64,000 nucleotides of DNA from Candidatus Schekmanbacteria bacterium. Its GTDB lineage: Bacteria > Schekmanbacteria > GWA2-38-11 > J061. Below the pieces are notes generated by a model that made no database searches, was not told the origin of the DNA, and saw only the letters and a program-made list of their open reading frames with translations. The stretch is taken from contig JACRJM010000015.1 of NCBI GenBank assembly GCA_016219965.1, positions 31,857 to 95,856 of the forward strand, read 5' to 3'. The position numbers were made by a program, and so were the translations under genes. Shown here one piece after another: positions 1 through 9,338 of the stretch (position 1 is the first letter of the stretch; every line of letters starts with the position of its first letter).

Positions 1-239
1 GATGCTATGATGGATAGCGATAGTGTAACAAAAATTGAGATTATATAACTGGACGTTTCCTTCGATTTTGAATACCCGGATAAGGTTGTTATGCTAATTA
101 TTCCTATATTTTTTGCATTATTAATATCATTTCCAGTAGAAGGGATTATTTTTATAAAAAGGACAGACAAAAAAGCTGAAACTAAAAATAATATAATACA
201 CGTTGAAAGTAAGTTCCATTTTTTTTGATTAAATGTCAT
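1..239 (-). CDS. 5' part of a membrane protein (GT-C-like), paralog of 3925..5991; runs off the window edge
   Basis: Not in ORF track. Minus-strand ATG at 239 with GGAGAG upstream reads MTFNQKKWNLLSTCIILFLVSAFLSVLFIKIIPFTGNDINNAKNIGIISITTLSGYSKSKETSSYIISIFVTLSLSIAS without a stop; matches LIKTVPIESAGLIEAKKVGIISSAVNASYPKDLESFYY of 3925..5991. Confidence 0.75.
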   Translation of the reverse strand, partial: MTFNQKKWNLLSTCIILFLVSAFLSVLFIKIIPSTGNDINNAKNIGIISITTLSGYSKSKETSSYIISIFVTLSLSIIA

Positions 240-271
240 CCAGATTGATGTTGCTCTCCACGTTTATTTAG

Positions 272-2116
272 CTATAAACTGGGGAAAATTAATGGTTCTT
301 TATCTTCTATTGGTAAAATATTATTTTTGTGGCCTTCTGTAAATAATTTGGTTTGTGACTTTAAAAATTCAGTCATCTTTATTTCCTTTAATGAGAGATT
401 GAAGCTTTCACTTTGATCTTTCCTGAGATCATACAATTCATCACTTCCCGGTGAATTAAGGATATATTTCCATCTATCAACTCGTAATGCGATCGAACTT
501 ATATAGTAACGATAATCGTATTTTGTTAACAGATCATTTTTGGTAACCTGACTTAAAGTAAATTCCTTAGCGCTGTTTGGATCTGTATTATAGATTAAAG
601 ATAATAGAGATTCACCGCTAAAAAGTTTGTCGCTTTTAACATCAAGTAGTTCTAGAACAGTTGGCATTACATCAATGCTTTCCACACATTGATTTATGAT
701 TGCTGGTTTTTTTATCGTATCAGGGTTCCAAATTATAAGAGGTGTACGAATAACTTCTTCATACACTGTTCTTTCATGTCCCAGGAATCCATGCTCTCCA
801 AACGCCTCACCGTAAGGTGAAGTAATTACTACTATAGTGTTGTTTTTTATTCCTAGCAGTTCAAGCTTTTCAAATAATTCTTCTATCTGGCTGCTGACAT
901 AACTGATCTCACCATCATAAAGATTTACCAAACTCTGAATATCTTCTTTGCTTAGGTCCTTGGTTTCTTTTTTATCAGTATATCCTGTAATATTACTTTT
1001 GTTGCTGCTGACAAATTTACGAGTATAGGGTTCAGGTGCATCATATGGATAACTAGGGTCTACATAATTTATAAACAGAAAGAAATTGTATTCACCATAA
1101 CTATGTAGCCAATTGAAAACAACAGCATTTATTTCTGCTGCTTTTTTTCCTCCAGGAATTTCAATACTTGGAGGCAGCCCAAAAGATTCACTATAAAGTT
1201 TGTTTACGAGAGGGATGAGTATTTTATTAATTATTCTGATAGCGTTTTCCGTCCTTATAAAGCCAATGGAAGTGAAACAATTAAGAAAGCTAAGTTTGTT
1301 GATATAGGGGGTTATGAAAGGGGGAAAATTATCATTGTAAAAATCAAAACCTTTATTTAACTTGGAATTAGTATTTAGACAATTGTTACTAATGAAGGCT
1401 GCTGTCAAATATCCTTTTTCAGAAAGAGTATCTGCTAATGTTTTTTCTTCATCAGGAAGAGAATTAGCCCTAATATCAGGGCATTCAGGTGATCTTATAC
1501 CGTTTGGCGAGTTATTGACCTTATGTTCGAATGGATATTTTGAAGTGAATATTGATGCATAAGATGATAACGCATTTGAAGACTGAGAGACGCAGTTCTT
1601 AAACAAAATCCCGTTTTTTGCAACTGCATCAATGAAAGGAGCTGTTACTCTCGTATATCCATAACATTCCAGATTAGATGGTCTTAATGAGTCCACTGAT
1701 ATGATAATCAAATTTTTCTTTGTTTTCGTAACATTTTTTTGTGGAAAGAAGAATCGTTCACCAGGTATTGGTCCAGAAAAAACAAAAATTGATTCAGCTA
1801 CAACTATTGCAACCAGAGAAAGAAGGAGAAGTTTTGAAAAAAAATAATAAACATAAAATCTTTTTAAAGAAATAATTGGTTTTATGTTGAAAAATGGGAT
1901 AATTATGCTTGCAATAATTGAGACAATTGCACCACTTGCAAACCCAATAAGTATGTATAAAGCTGTAAGACTGGTTAAAAGCGGTTTGGAGTATTTTAAT
2001 ACTGATAAATTGCAATTCCAATCATAAAAAGCCATTATCATTGAAAAAATAATTATGGCCAATAAAATATTTAATGGTCTGGAAAATGTGAATCTGTCGT
2101 CTTTTTGACTAATCAT
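272..2116 (-). CDS. Membrane-anchored sulfatase/alkaline-phosphatase-superfamily protein with degenerate active site
   Basis: N-terminal TM helices; NLIIISVDSLRP, YDGEISYV, GEHGFLGH..VYEEVIRTPLII, ELYDLRKD motifs; nucleophile and metal ligands altered (SNALSSY, TSPYGE). Confidence 0.85.
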   Translation of the reverse strand: MISQKDDRFTFSRPLNILLAIIIFSMIMAFYDWNCNLSVLKYSKPLLTSLTALYILIGFASGAIVSIIASIIIPFFNIKPIISLKRFYVYYFFSKLLLLSLVAIVVAESIFVFSGPIPGERFFFPQKNVTKTKKNLIIISVDSLRPSNLECYGYTRVTAPFIDAVAKNGILFKNCVSQSSNALSSYASIFTSKYPFEHKVNNSPNGIRSPECPDIRANSLPDEEKTLADTLSEKGYLTAAFISNNCLNTNSKLNKGFDFYNDNFPPFITPYINKLSFLNCFTSIGFIRTENAIRIINKILIPLVNKLYSESFGLPPSIEIPGGKKAAEINAVVFNWLHSYGEYNFFLFINYVDPSYPYDAPEPYTRKFVSSNKSNITGYTDKKETKDLSKEDIQSLVNLYDGEISYVSSQIEELFEKLELLGIKNNTIVVITSPYGEAFGEHGFLGHERTVYEEVIRTPLIIWNPDTIKKPAIINQCVESIDVMPTVLELLDVKSDKLFSGESLLSLIYNTDPNSAKEFTLSQVTKNDLLTKYDYRYYISSIALRVDRWKYILNSPGSDELYDLRKDQSESFNLSLKEIKMTEFLKSQTKLFTEGHKNNILPIEDKEPLIFPSL

Positions 2117-2207
2117 GGGTTAAATAGTGTTTATTTTTTTATTAGTTTAATTTTCATTAAATTATAAATCAAAATGATTTCTTTTGAAAATAAATAAGGG
2201 GATATTT

Positions 2208-3923
2208 TTACCAAGAATCAATTTTATATATGTTCATCCTTAACCCTCTCTCGTCACCTGCTGTAGTTAACAGATGGACCTTAATATTTTCTATATCCAT
2301 TTTGCTTCTACGCCAAACTTGGTTCCTTATCAAAACTTCCTGTCCAACAATATATTCAATGCCTTCTCTCTTCATATATGTTACCATTATCCCGTTTTTA
2401 CATGCATCCAAAGCATCTTTATTTTGTACTCCGTCAAGATTTATGATTATATAGCCTTTACAGAAATAACCAATTATTCCTGATTCTAATACTCCTATTT
2501 TTGACCCTTGGGGGATATTTTTGTTAATCCATTCAGCTGTTTCGTAATAAAATAGAGGGAAGCTATGTGGTTTTGTGTATGTTTTTAACCCATAAAAATT
2601 ATCTAAGTTTTTTTCATATATAAAAAAATTCAAAAAGAAAATGTAGGTTAGAACAATGACTATTTTAACTATCTTTTTACTGACACCAATCAACGGTAGC
2701 AGTTTATCAAAGATAAGACTGAAAAAAAGTCCGGTATAAATGGCTGCTATTGCAGAAAAAGGGAAATAATATCTAGGATAGTGCCACATTCCAAAGACAT
2801 ACAAAGAATAATTTAGAATAAGAATAAAGGCGAAATAAAGTAGAAAATTCAGTTTCCCAGCTTTAACCAAAAACTCCGCAATCTCCTGTTTAATAGATGT
2901 CTTTTTCTTTAAATAGATAAGAACCGTTAAGATGATGAGAATTAAAAGTGAAATGACTTCAAGTAGTTCATAAGAATATCCGGATAATGTAGATAATTTC
3001 ATAACTAGTGTTCTTATGTAATTTATTGGATATATAAAAAATGCATACATTTTAAATATGGTCAATGAGCCAAGTATATGAATTAGATAGAATTGAACTG
3101 GAGGAGATTCTATAGGGAAAAAAACAGGTGGTGCAGTTGGAACGGAAAAATAAGGACGTATGCCGTTTAATAAGGATATTAGCCGTGCTGCCTGACTGCT
3201 TATTGGGACTATATCTCCCATTCTTATAAAATTAAATAACAACCAAGGAGTTATCATTAGTCCTGCAATAAAATATGGCAGTAAGTCGATTATTCTTTTC
3301 CTTTTTTTTAAAAAAATAAAATCTAGAAAAATTGCAATAGCAAGGAACATTCCATCGACTCTCGCAAGTCCCAAAATCCCAAGCAAAATTCCAAGAACAA
3401 GCAATTTCTTTGAACTTGTCTGCGGATTGTCTCTTATATTTTGTAAATAATAAAATGCACACAAAACAAAAAAGAAACAGGATATAGAAGTTTCAAGACC
3501 ATTCATTCCCATATTAATTACGGTCATTGAAAAACACCAAAGGAAAAGTGAGAAGATAGCAGGTCTGAATCCGACCACGCAATTCACTATTCTGTATATG
3601 AAATAACCGGCAAAAAGATTGAAGATACTGGTTATTGAAATTGCAATCGTAATTGGAGTGAACGGGTTATTACCAAAAAAATAAAATATTGGAGTTAAAA
3701 TCATTAAGTATAAAGGTTGTACACCATTTGTTGGATGTATTCCGTCGACACTTAGACCGATTCCATCAGCAACATTATTAGCGATTTTTAATGTATAAAA
3801 TGAGTCATCTATCATTATCCACCAGTTCATTAAAAACTCCGGACCCTTGCTTATGAGCCAGAATCTGAGAAAGAATCCTAATGCGATAATTAGGATGACT
3901 AATATTTGCTTTCGGTATTTCAC
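2208..3923 (-). CDS. Polytopic GT-C-fold (ArnT/PMT-like) glycosyltransferase
   Basis: About 12 TM segments; acidic DD motif in first periplasmic loop (IDDSFYTLKIANN..G...TNGVQPL), NGLET, LARVDG; C-terminal soluble domain (SGIIGYF..INLDG). Confidence 0.7.
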   Translation of the reverse strand: MKYRKQILVILIIALGFFLRFWLISKGPEFLMNWWIMIDDSFYTLKIANNVADGIGLSVDGIHPTNGVQPLYLMILTPIFYFFGNNPFTPITIAISITSIFNLFAGYFIYRIVNCVVGFRPAIFSLFLWCFSMTVINMGMNGLETSISCFFFVLCAFYYLQNIRDNPQTSSKKLLVLGILLGILGLARVDGMFLAIAIFLDFIFLKKRKRIIDLLPYFIAGLMITPWLLFNFIRMGDIVPISSQAARLISLLNGIRPYFSVPTAPPVFFPIESPPVQFYLIHILGSLTIFKMYAFFIYPINYIRTLVMKLSTLSGYSYELLEVISLLILIILTVLIYLKKKTSIKQEIAEFLVKAGKLNFLLYFAFILILNYSLYVFGMWHYPRYYFPFSAIAAIYTGLFFSLIFDKLLPLIGVSKKIVKIVIVLTYIFFLNFFIYEKNLDNFYGLKTYTKPHSFPLFYYETAEWINKNIPQGSKIGVLESGIIGYFCKGYIIINLDGVQNKDALDACKNGIMVTYMKREGIEYIVGQEVLIRNQVWRRSKMDIENIKVHLLTTAGDERGLRMNIYKIDSW

Positions 3924-3924
3924 C

Positions 3925-5991
3925 TTATGATCTTCCCTTCAATTTTAATATTTTTGCTTTTCCAAAATCTTTTTCTATATTGTAATTTTTGTTAATAAAT
4001 TCAATCACATCTGGGACTCTTTTTTCAATAGGTATTGGTGCTTCCAAAGCATAATGATAGCTGTAAATAATAAACGCCGGTTTGTTTGCCTCAAGTTCAG
4101 AAAGTAGTTCTTTTCTCATATCAGAAGTTACTGCGTTAAATTCATTTATGAATCTAGTAGGATTAGACCTGTCGCAGAGGAAATAATAAACAGGTTCCCT
4201 TGGAAAAGCATATATATAATCAGTTTCTGAAGTATTGTCTCGAATATAATTTACTACGTTTCTTATATGCTCTGCCCATTCATCAGGTGCTTCTATCTTA
4301 TTAGCTCTTTCAATATTGATAGGTTCCATAATATTTGACTCTTTACTTAAATAATTTAGTGAAAACTTTTCTGATAGAGATGTAAAGAAAAACCTGGGTG
4401 CAACTCCTGGCCATATTATATAGCCAACAATTCCAGAGAGCAAAAAAAGTAAAAATAGGGAATATATAAAAAAAAGTGGAATTCTATTCCTGACTTTTTT
4501 TGAATTTATGATATTTTTAGCAAGCATTGTTGATTCTTTCATAGAAAGAGCCGCAAGAATCATTCCCGGAGGAAGACAAAAAAGATTCCTGTCGAGACCT
4601 GACATCCCAAAAGCTACTTTAAAGTATAAAATGCCAAAAAACAAAAGACCAAAAATTTTTATGTCTTTTTTTTCCCACATATGAAAAATAAATTTTTCTG
4701 ATAAAGTGATTAATAGAATTAAAAAGAAAATAATTGGCCAGTATACTGTTAAGGTTTTTAATAGTTCTTCACCTGTTTTGTAACTTGGAGAATTTAAGAA
4801 AACTGATACAGAGTTCTCGAAATTAGGGAATGGCCTTGAGAATAGTCCAATGCTGTAATATTTGGGGATATCTATCATATATCTGATGTAAAAGGACAAT
4901 GCACCAGTGACATAAAAAAAACTTAGGGAAGGTATTAGTGGAATCATAAGACCAAAAATGAATCGTGGGATTCTGATAAAGTTTTTACTTAGCATCAAAA
5001 CAAACATGCAAGATATAACAGCAATTATTCCTGCGTCATTGCTAAAAAGGAGAGAAATCCCCGCCATGACTCCTGCAAAAAGAATGTTTATCTTTTTCCC
5101 AGAATCGATATATTTGTAAATGAAAAGAAGCGAGGCTAGCCCTGATGCTGCTCTGAAAGTTGTATCGTGAATGGCTGGCAATACAGGGAAGTACATTATT
5201 ATAAAAATAGTCAAAGCTAAAATAGAATACCATTTGCTTTGGAAAATATTTCTAAAAAGGTAATATACAATTATAAAACCCAAAAAATAGAGGCAATAGC
5301 AGAATATTCTGAAAATAAGTATTGAAGGACCAAACAATTTTATGATTAACAAAAGGCTGTATGACATTAGCGGTCCATAAAAACTTAACGTGTCTTTGTA
5401 AAGAACCTTTCCCTTTGCAAGCTCATTTGCCCACGCATAATGCATACCCTCCTCACCGAAGAAGCCCCATGGTGCGAACCATGCTTTAAAAAAGAAATTT
5501 ATGTCGAAACTTAGAAAAAATATTACAACTGGTATAAGAAGATAATAAAAATAATCTTTTTGTATAATACTGGAACCCATTGGGGATAAGTTATCGTTTC
5601 TCATTGGTATATTTAACGTGATTATATCTGATGCATTTTTCTTTTTAGAAAGTAATAGAGCACAAATATAAGCAGATACTAATGCTATTGAGGCTGTTAT
5701 CAATAGCCCTGAAAAATAATAGAATGATTCCAAGTCCTTTGGATACGATGCGTTGACGGCACTGCTTATTATTCCCACCTTTTTGGCTTCTATCAATCCA
5801 GCACTTTCGATAGGGACAGTTTTAATTAGTAAATATGTTAATATAATCCCTACGGTAGCTCCGACAATTGTTGAGATTATTAGGTAGAATCTATTCTGTA
5901 TATTTCTTGCAGTATTACTAATTCTGTTGTGTCTCTCTGAAGCGTTTTTAAGCCAATCCCAAGTATTTAGGTTTTTAATGTTACATTTCAC
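3925..5991 (-). CDS. Polytopic GT-C-fold membrane glycosyltransferase-like protein
   Basis: Many TMs; loop motif GEEGMH...GKVLYKDTLSFYGPL; C-terminal DYIYAFP.EPVYYFL.DR.NPTRF domain; start codon uncertain. Confidence 0.65.
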   Translation of the reverse strand: MKCNIKNLNTWDWLKNASERHNRISNTARNIQNRFYLIISTIVGATVGIILTYLLIKTVPIESAGLIEAKKVGIISSAVNASYPKDLESFYYFSGLLITASIALVSAYICALLLSKKKNASDIITLNIPMRNDNLSPMGSSIIQKDYFYYLLIPVVIFFLSFDINFFFKAWFAPWGFFGEEGMHYAWANELAKGKVLYKDTLSFYGPLMSYSLLLIIKLFGPSILIFRIFCYCLYFLGFIIVYYLFRNIFQSKWYSILALTIFIIMYFPVLPAIHDTTFRAASGLASLLFIYKYIDSGKKINILFAGVMAGISLLFSNDAGIIAVISCMFVLMLSKNFIRIPRFIFGLMIPLIPSLSFFYVTGALSFYIRYMIDIPKYYSIGLFSRPFPNFENSVSVFLNSPSYKTGEELLKTLTVYWPIIFFLILLITLSEKFIFHMWEKKDIKIFGLLFFGILYFKVAFGMSGLDRNLFCLPPGMILAALSMKESTMLAKNIINSKKVRNRIPLFFIYSLFLLFLLSGIVGYIIWPGVAPRFFFTSLSEKFSLNYLSKESNIMEPINIERANKIEAPDEWAEHIRNVVNYIRDNTSETDYIYAFPREPVYYFLCDRSNPTRFINEFNAVTSDMRKELLSELEANKPAFIIYSYHYALEAPIPIEKRVPDVIEFINKNYNIEKDFGKAKILKLKGRS

Positions 5992-6028
5992 TTTACTGCT
6001 ACCTTTTGATTTTCAGGTATGGGATATC

Positions 6029-7402
6029 TCAGTGTTTTATTTTAAAAATATTAAAATCGCTTATTCGTTGTAAAATAAATTTCAACTGTGAAAGCTTGAA
6101 AAATTTTAGCAACGTCAGCATTTGACGCGGTCTGAAGAAGAAACTTCTAAAGGCTTTTGAAGAAGCATTCTGAAGTGTTTTGCTGCTTAAACCTTCAGGG
6201 ATCCATGTCACATCCTGATAACTTCTATAGGATGAAGGAGAGAGATTAGTACTTGCTCCGAGCTTATGAAAAAGTTCTGATCCTGGGAGAAGATCTAAGA
6301 GAAGAAATTGAGCCCTATCGAGAGGAATCTTTTTTGCAAATCTTATAGTTTCGTTTATAGTTTCTTCAGTTTCTCCTGGAAGTCCAAAAATGAAGAACCC
6401 CTGAGTTATAATACCTGCTTTCTTGGATTCTCTTATAGCATATTCAATAATTTCCAAATTTGTTTTTTTATGAATATTATCCAGGATTCTCTGATTCCCG
6501 GATTCAATTCCGAATGCTAAATAATAGCATCCGCTTTCTTTCATAAGTGATAATAATTCAGGCGTAACTGTTTCAACACGAATACCATTAGGGGTAGCCC
6601 AAGATATTTTAAGATTGCGAGCAATAATTTCTTGGCATATTTGTTCTACGTGGCTTTTCTTAAGGGTCAGGTTGTCATCTTCAAAATGAATTTCCTTAAC
6701 TCCGAATTCTTTTACAAGTAACTCTATTTCATCAACTACATTTTTAGGAGATCTGAATCTTATCTTTTGCTTCCATATAAAAGGGCTCGCACAGAATGAA
6801 CATGCAAAAGGGCAACCACGTGATGAAATGATTGGTGCAACTGGAAAGTTTTTTATTAGTCCTCCATGCGGAGCCTTCTCATAAGACTTGGGGTTCATCT
6901 GTTCCCAATCAGGCAATGGGAGGGAATCAATATCTTTTATAAATTCTCGATCTTTTATATTCCCGTTATTAAGTTTGTAAACACCTTTAATATCTCTAGG
7001 AGCTTTAGTTCCTGATGATAGATGATTTGCAAGGTCGAGCATAGATTCTTCTCCCTCGCCGACTACTGCAAAATCAGCTCCGCTTTCTTCCAGAGATTTC
7101 TTTGGTACTGCTGTAACGTGTGGACCACCAATAACGGTAATTATATCTTTTTTTTTACAGCGCCCTATTAAATCACATACTTCAGGATAATAGTCGGTTA
7201 GCACACTGATTCCAACTAATTCACAACCGTATTCCTGGCATATATCTGCAATTTTCTCATTTGAAAGGGCATAGTTTAGTCCATCTAACAATTTTGTTTC
7301 ATTAAATCCATGTTTTTTCAGATATGCTGAAATGTACCCCAATCCCAATGGCGGAGTAATTAAATGAGTGTGATAAGATGGTCTCGCTAAAACTATTTTC
7401 AT
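6029..7402 (-). CDS. B12-binding radical SAM protein (class B methyltransferase-like)
   Basis: PPLGLGYI, GGPHVT, VGEGE cobalamin-binding domain; SSRGCPFACSFC CxxxCxxC; FEDDNLT, GIESG, FIFGLPGET. Confidence 0.92.
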   Translation of the reverse strand: MKIVLARPSYHTHLITPPLGLGYISAYLKKHGFNETKLLDGLNYALSNEKIADICQEYGCELVGISVLTDYYPEVCDLIGRCKKKDIITVIGGPHVTAVPKKSLEESGADFAVVGEGEESMLDLANHLSSGTKAPRDIKGVYKLNNGNIKDREFIKDIDSLPLPDWEQMNPKSYEKAPHGGLIKNFPVAPIISSRGCPFACSFCASPFIWKQKIRFRSPKNVVDEIELLVKEFGVKEIHFEDDNLTLKKSHVEQICQEIIARNLKISWATPNGIRVETVTPELLSLMKESGCYYLAFGIESGNQRILDNIHKKTNLEIIEYAIRESKKAGIITQGFFIFGLPGETEETINETIRFAKKIPLDRAQFLLLDLLPGSELFHKLGASTNLSPSSYRSYQDVTWIPEGLSSKTLQNASSKAFRSFFFRPRQMLTLLKFFKLSQLKFILQRISDFNIFKIKH

Positions 7403-8847
7403 TCTAAGCTTTCTATTTTGGCCTGCCTTGCATCATGCTCAAAAATTTCCTCGTCACTTGCAATCCTTAAAATCTCAGTTTTGGGGAGACCAAATAGTAT
7501 ATGTTCTGCGGCAAGAAGACCCATCTCGATGGAATGATCCATATTATTATATCTAAAGAGCCCCTGTCTGCCGCAACAGATTAGGTTCTCGAATGAATTT
7601 ATAAATGGTATGGCTGCTCGAAGATGGTCCTTGTAATCAAGTCTATAAATAGGATAAGCGTGCTCTGTCTTAGTAATAAAATATTCTATGGTATTTTCTT
7701 TTATATCTTTGAATCCTATTTTTGAAAGATCATTTATACATCTTTCATAAATAGCTTTTTTATCTGCATTCCATATTTTATCTCCAATATTACATGCTAT
7801 CTCAAGTATTAGAGAAGTTTTATGAGCAGGTGAACTGTGTGGACTCCAGTTTTTAGGTTCCTGTATACGCATAAATAGATATTCCGATTCAGGTATATAT
7901 ATCCATGTATTGTCAGAAACAATTTCCTTATCAAGAAGTATATTGAGAAATATTAGCGCCCTGAAGGTCATCTTCTTTGAGACTTGAATGAGATGATCTG
8001 GGGCGGGGGGATCAAGCTTTTGTATAAATTCAGGTAGTGGGATTGTTGATATTATAAAGTCTGCTGAAATTTCTTTTTCCTCGTTATCTGAGAAAATAAT
8101 TACGCTAGTAATTTTGTTTCCATTTCGTTTTATTTTTTTTACATTATAAGAGAGAAAAAAATCTCCTTTATTTTCACTTACTATTTCTGCCATTCTTTCA
8201 GGAATTCTACCAATCCCTTTCTCAGGGTAGTAAAATTTTGTTGCATAAGTTTTAGGTGCATTCTTTTTCTTGCCTAAAAGTCTTTTAAATACATCCCAGA
8301 GATTTAGAAGGGAAATTCTTTGGGCTGCCCAATCAGAAGATATTAGAGTTGGTTTTACTCCCCATAGTTTCTCTGAATAAGGACCAAAGTATATGTTGTA
8401 GAGGGATCTTCCAAACCTGTTAACGACCCAATCTTCAAATGAAACATCTTTTTTGTTTAAAAGCTTTCTTGATATGGTTGCTACTATATAATCAAAAAAA
8501 CATTTTATTGAAACAGACAATTTAAGTTTTGTTACGAGATCTTTTGCTTCTAGAGGATAAGAAAAATATTTGCCTTGAAGTCTTATAGTGCTTTTTCTAT
8601 CACGCGTTATTACTTCATCAGACATCAAATTATAAATTTCTTTTGCAAGCTCTACATTTTGAGTTATAAATCTGTGTCCACCAAGATCAAAATGATATTC
8701 TCCATGCCTTATCGTTTGGCAAAGACCTCCGACCTGCGCTTCTTTTTCAACAAAAATTACATGATTGTTTGCTATGGACAGTTTCCACCCTGCGCTTAAT
8801 CCACAAGGCCCAGCTCCAAGTATCAATATTTTTCTTTTTTCGTCCAT
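7399..8847 (-). CDS. FAD-dependent oxidoreductase, UDP-galactopyranose-mutase/protoporphyrinogen-oxidase-like family
   Basis: ILGAGPCG dinucleotide motif, DLGGHRF, YSEKLWG, FYYPEKG.G, HAYPIY, GRQGLFRYNNMDH; context in a glycan locus. Confidence 0.8.
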   Translation of the reverse strand: MDEKRKILILGAGPCGLSAGWKLSIANNHVIFVEKEAQVGGLCQTIRHGEYHFDLGGHRFITQNVELAKEIYNLMSDEVITRDRKSTIRLQGKYFSYPLEAKDLVTKLKLSVSIKCFFDYIVATISRKLLNKKDVSFEDWVVNRFGRSLYNIYFGPYSEKLWGVKPTLISSDWAAQRISLLNLWDVFKRLLGKKKNAPKTYATKFYYPEKGIGRIPERMAEIVSENKGDFFLSYNVKKIKRNGNKITSVIIFSDNEEKEISADFIISTIPLPEFIQKLDPPAPDHLIQVSKKMTFRALIFLNILLDKEIVSDNTWIYIPESEYLFMRIQEPKNWSPHSSPAHKTSLILEIACNIGDKIWNADKKAIYERCINDLSKIGFKDIKENTIEYFITKTEHAYPIYRLDYKDHLRAAIPFINSFENLICCGRQGLFRYNNMDHSIEMGLLAAEHILFGLPKTEILRIASDEEIFEHDARQAKIESLE

Positions 8848-9181
8848 TATCTTTGTTTGAAATTTTTATTCACTAATCGGGTATGATAACGTACTTTTTA
8901 AATAATATGTGAAACATCTAAGTCATATGTTTGATATATTTTTTAATCCTTAAAAATGTTCTGTTATACGTACTATTCTCAATGTAATTTTTTAACTTAT
9001 ACAATAGTAGGTAAATCCTCAAGCTTAATTTACACTTAATATAGAACCTGATTTTAAGAAAACATTGTTTTGGATAAAGTGCTATTTGACAATTATAGGT
9101 AAGAACGTCGAACTTTTATACATTATAACTTGTTGATAATCTATAGTATTTTATAACTTGAACATATTTGTAGCAAAAAAG

Positions 9182-9197
9182 TGTCGGAATTTTAGAC
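9182..9197. promoter_or_regulatory. Palindromic upstream activator sequence TGTC-N8-GACA (candidate PrsR/bEBP site)
   Basis: TGTCGGAATTTAGACA (TGT-N10-ACA) about 85 bp upstream of a sigma54 -24 box. Confidence 0.65.
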
Positions 9198-9251
9198 AGT
9201 TTTTTTTTAAAAAAAATTTTTTTTTGAAAACGCAATATTTTTCCTTTGATA

Positions 9252-9264
9252 AATCAATATGTTA
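9252..9264 (+). promoter_or_regulatory. IHF-binding consensus
   Basis: AATCAATATGTTA = WATCAA-N4-TTR, lying between the UAS and the sigma54 promoter. Confidence 0.6.
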
Positions 9265-9281
9265 ATTATACTAATGGGAAT

Positions 9282-9296
9282 TGGCACAAATGTTGC
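9282..9296 (+). promoter_or_regulatory. Sigma54 (RpoN) -24/-12 promoter
   Basis: TGGCAC-AAATG-TTGC, perfect consensus, 42 bp before the ATG at 9339. Confidence 0.88.
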
Positions 9297-9338
9297 TTTA
9301 TTTTTATATACTGTGTGATTTAATATTAAAAAAAGTAT

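Noticed and set aside
9106..9122. CGTCGAACTTTTATACA as a second UAS
   Set aside because: Two mismatches and one extra base relative to the 9182 palindrome; too weak to call.
9171..9186. Reverse-strand CGACAC-TTTT-TTGC as a sigma54 promoter for the leftward operon
   Set aside because: Lacks the GG dinucleotide and spacing is off by one.
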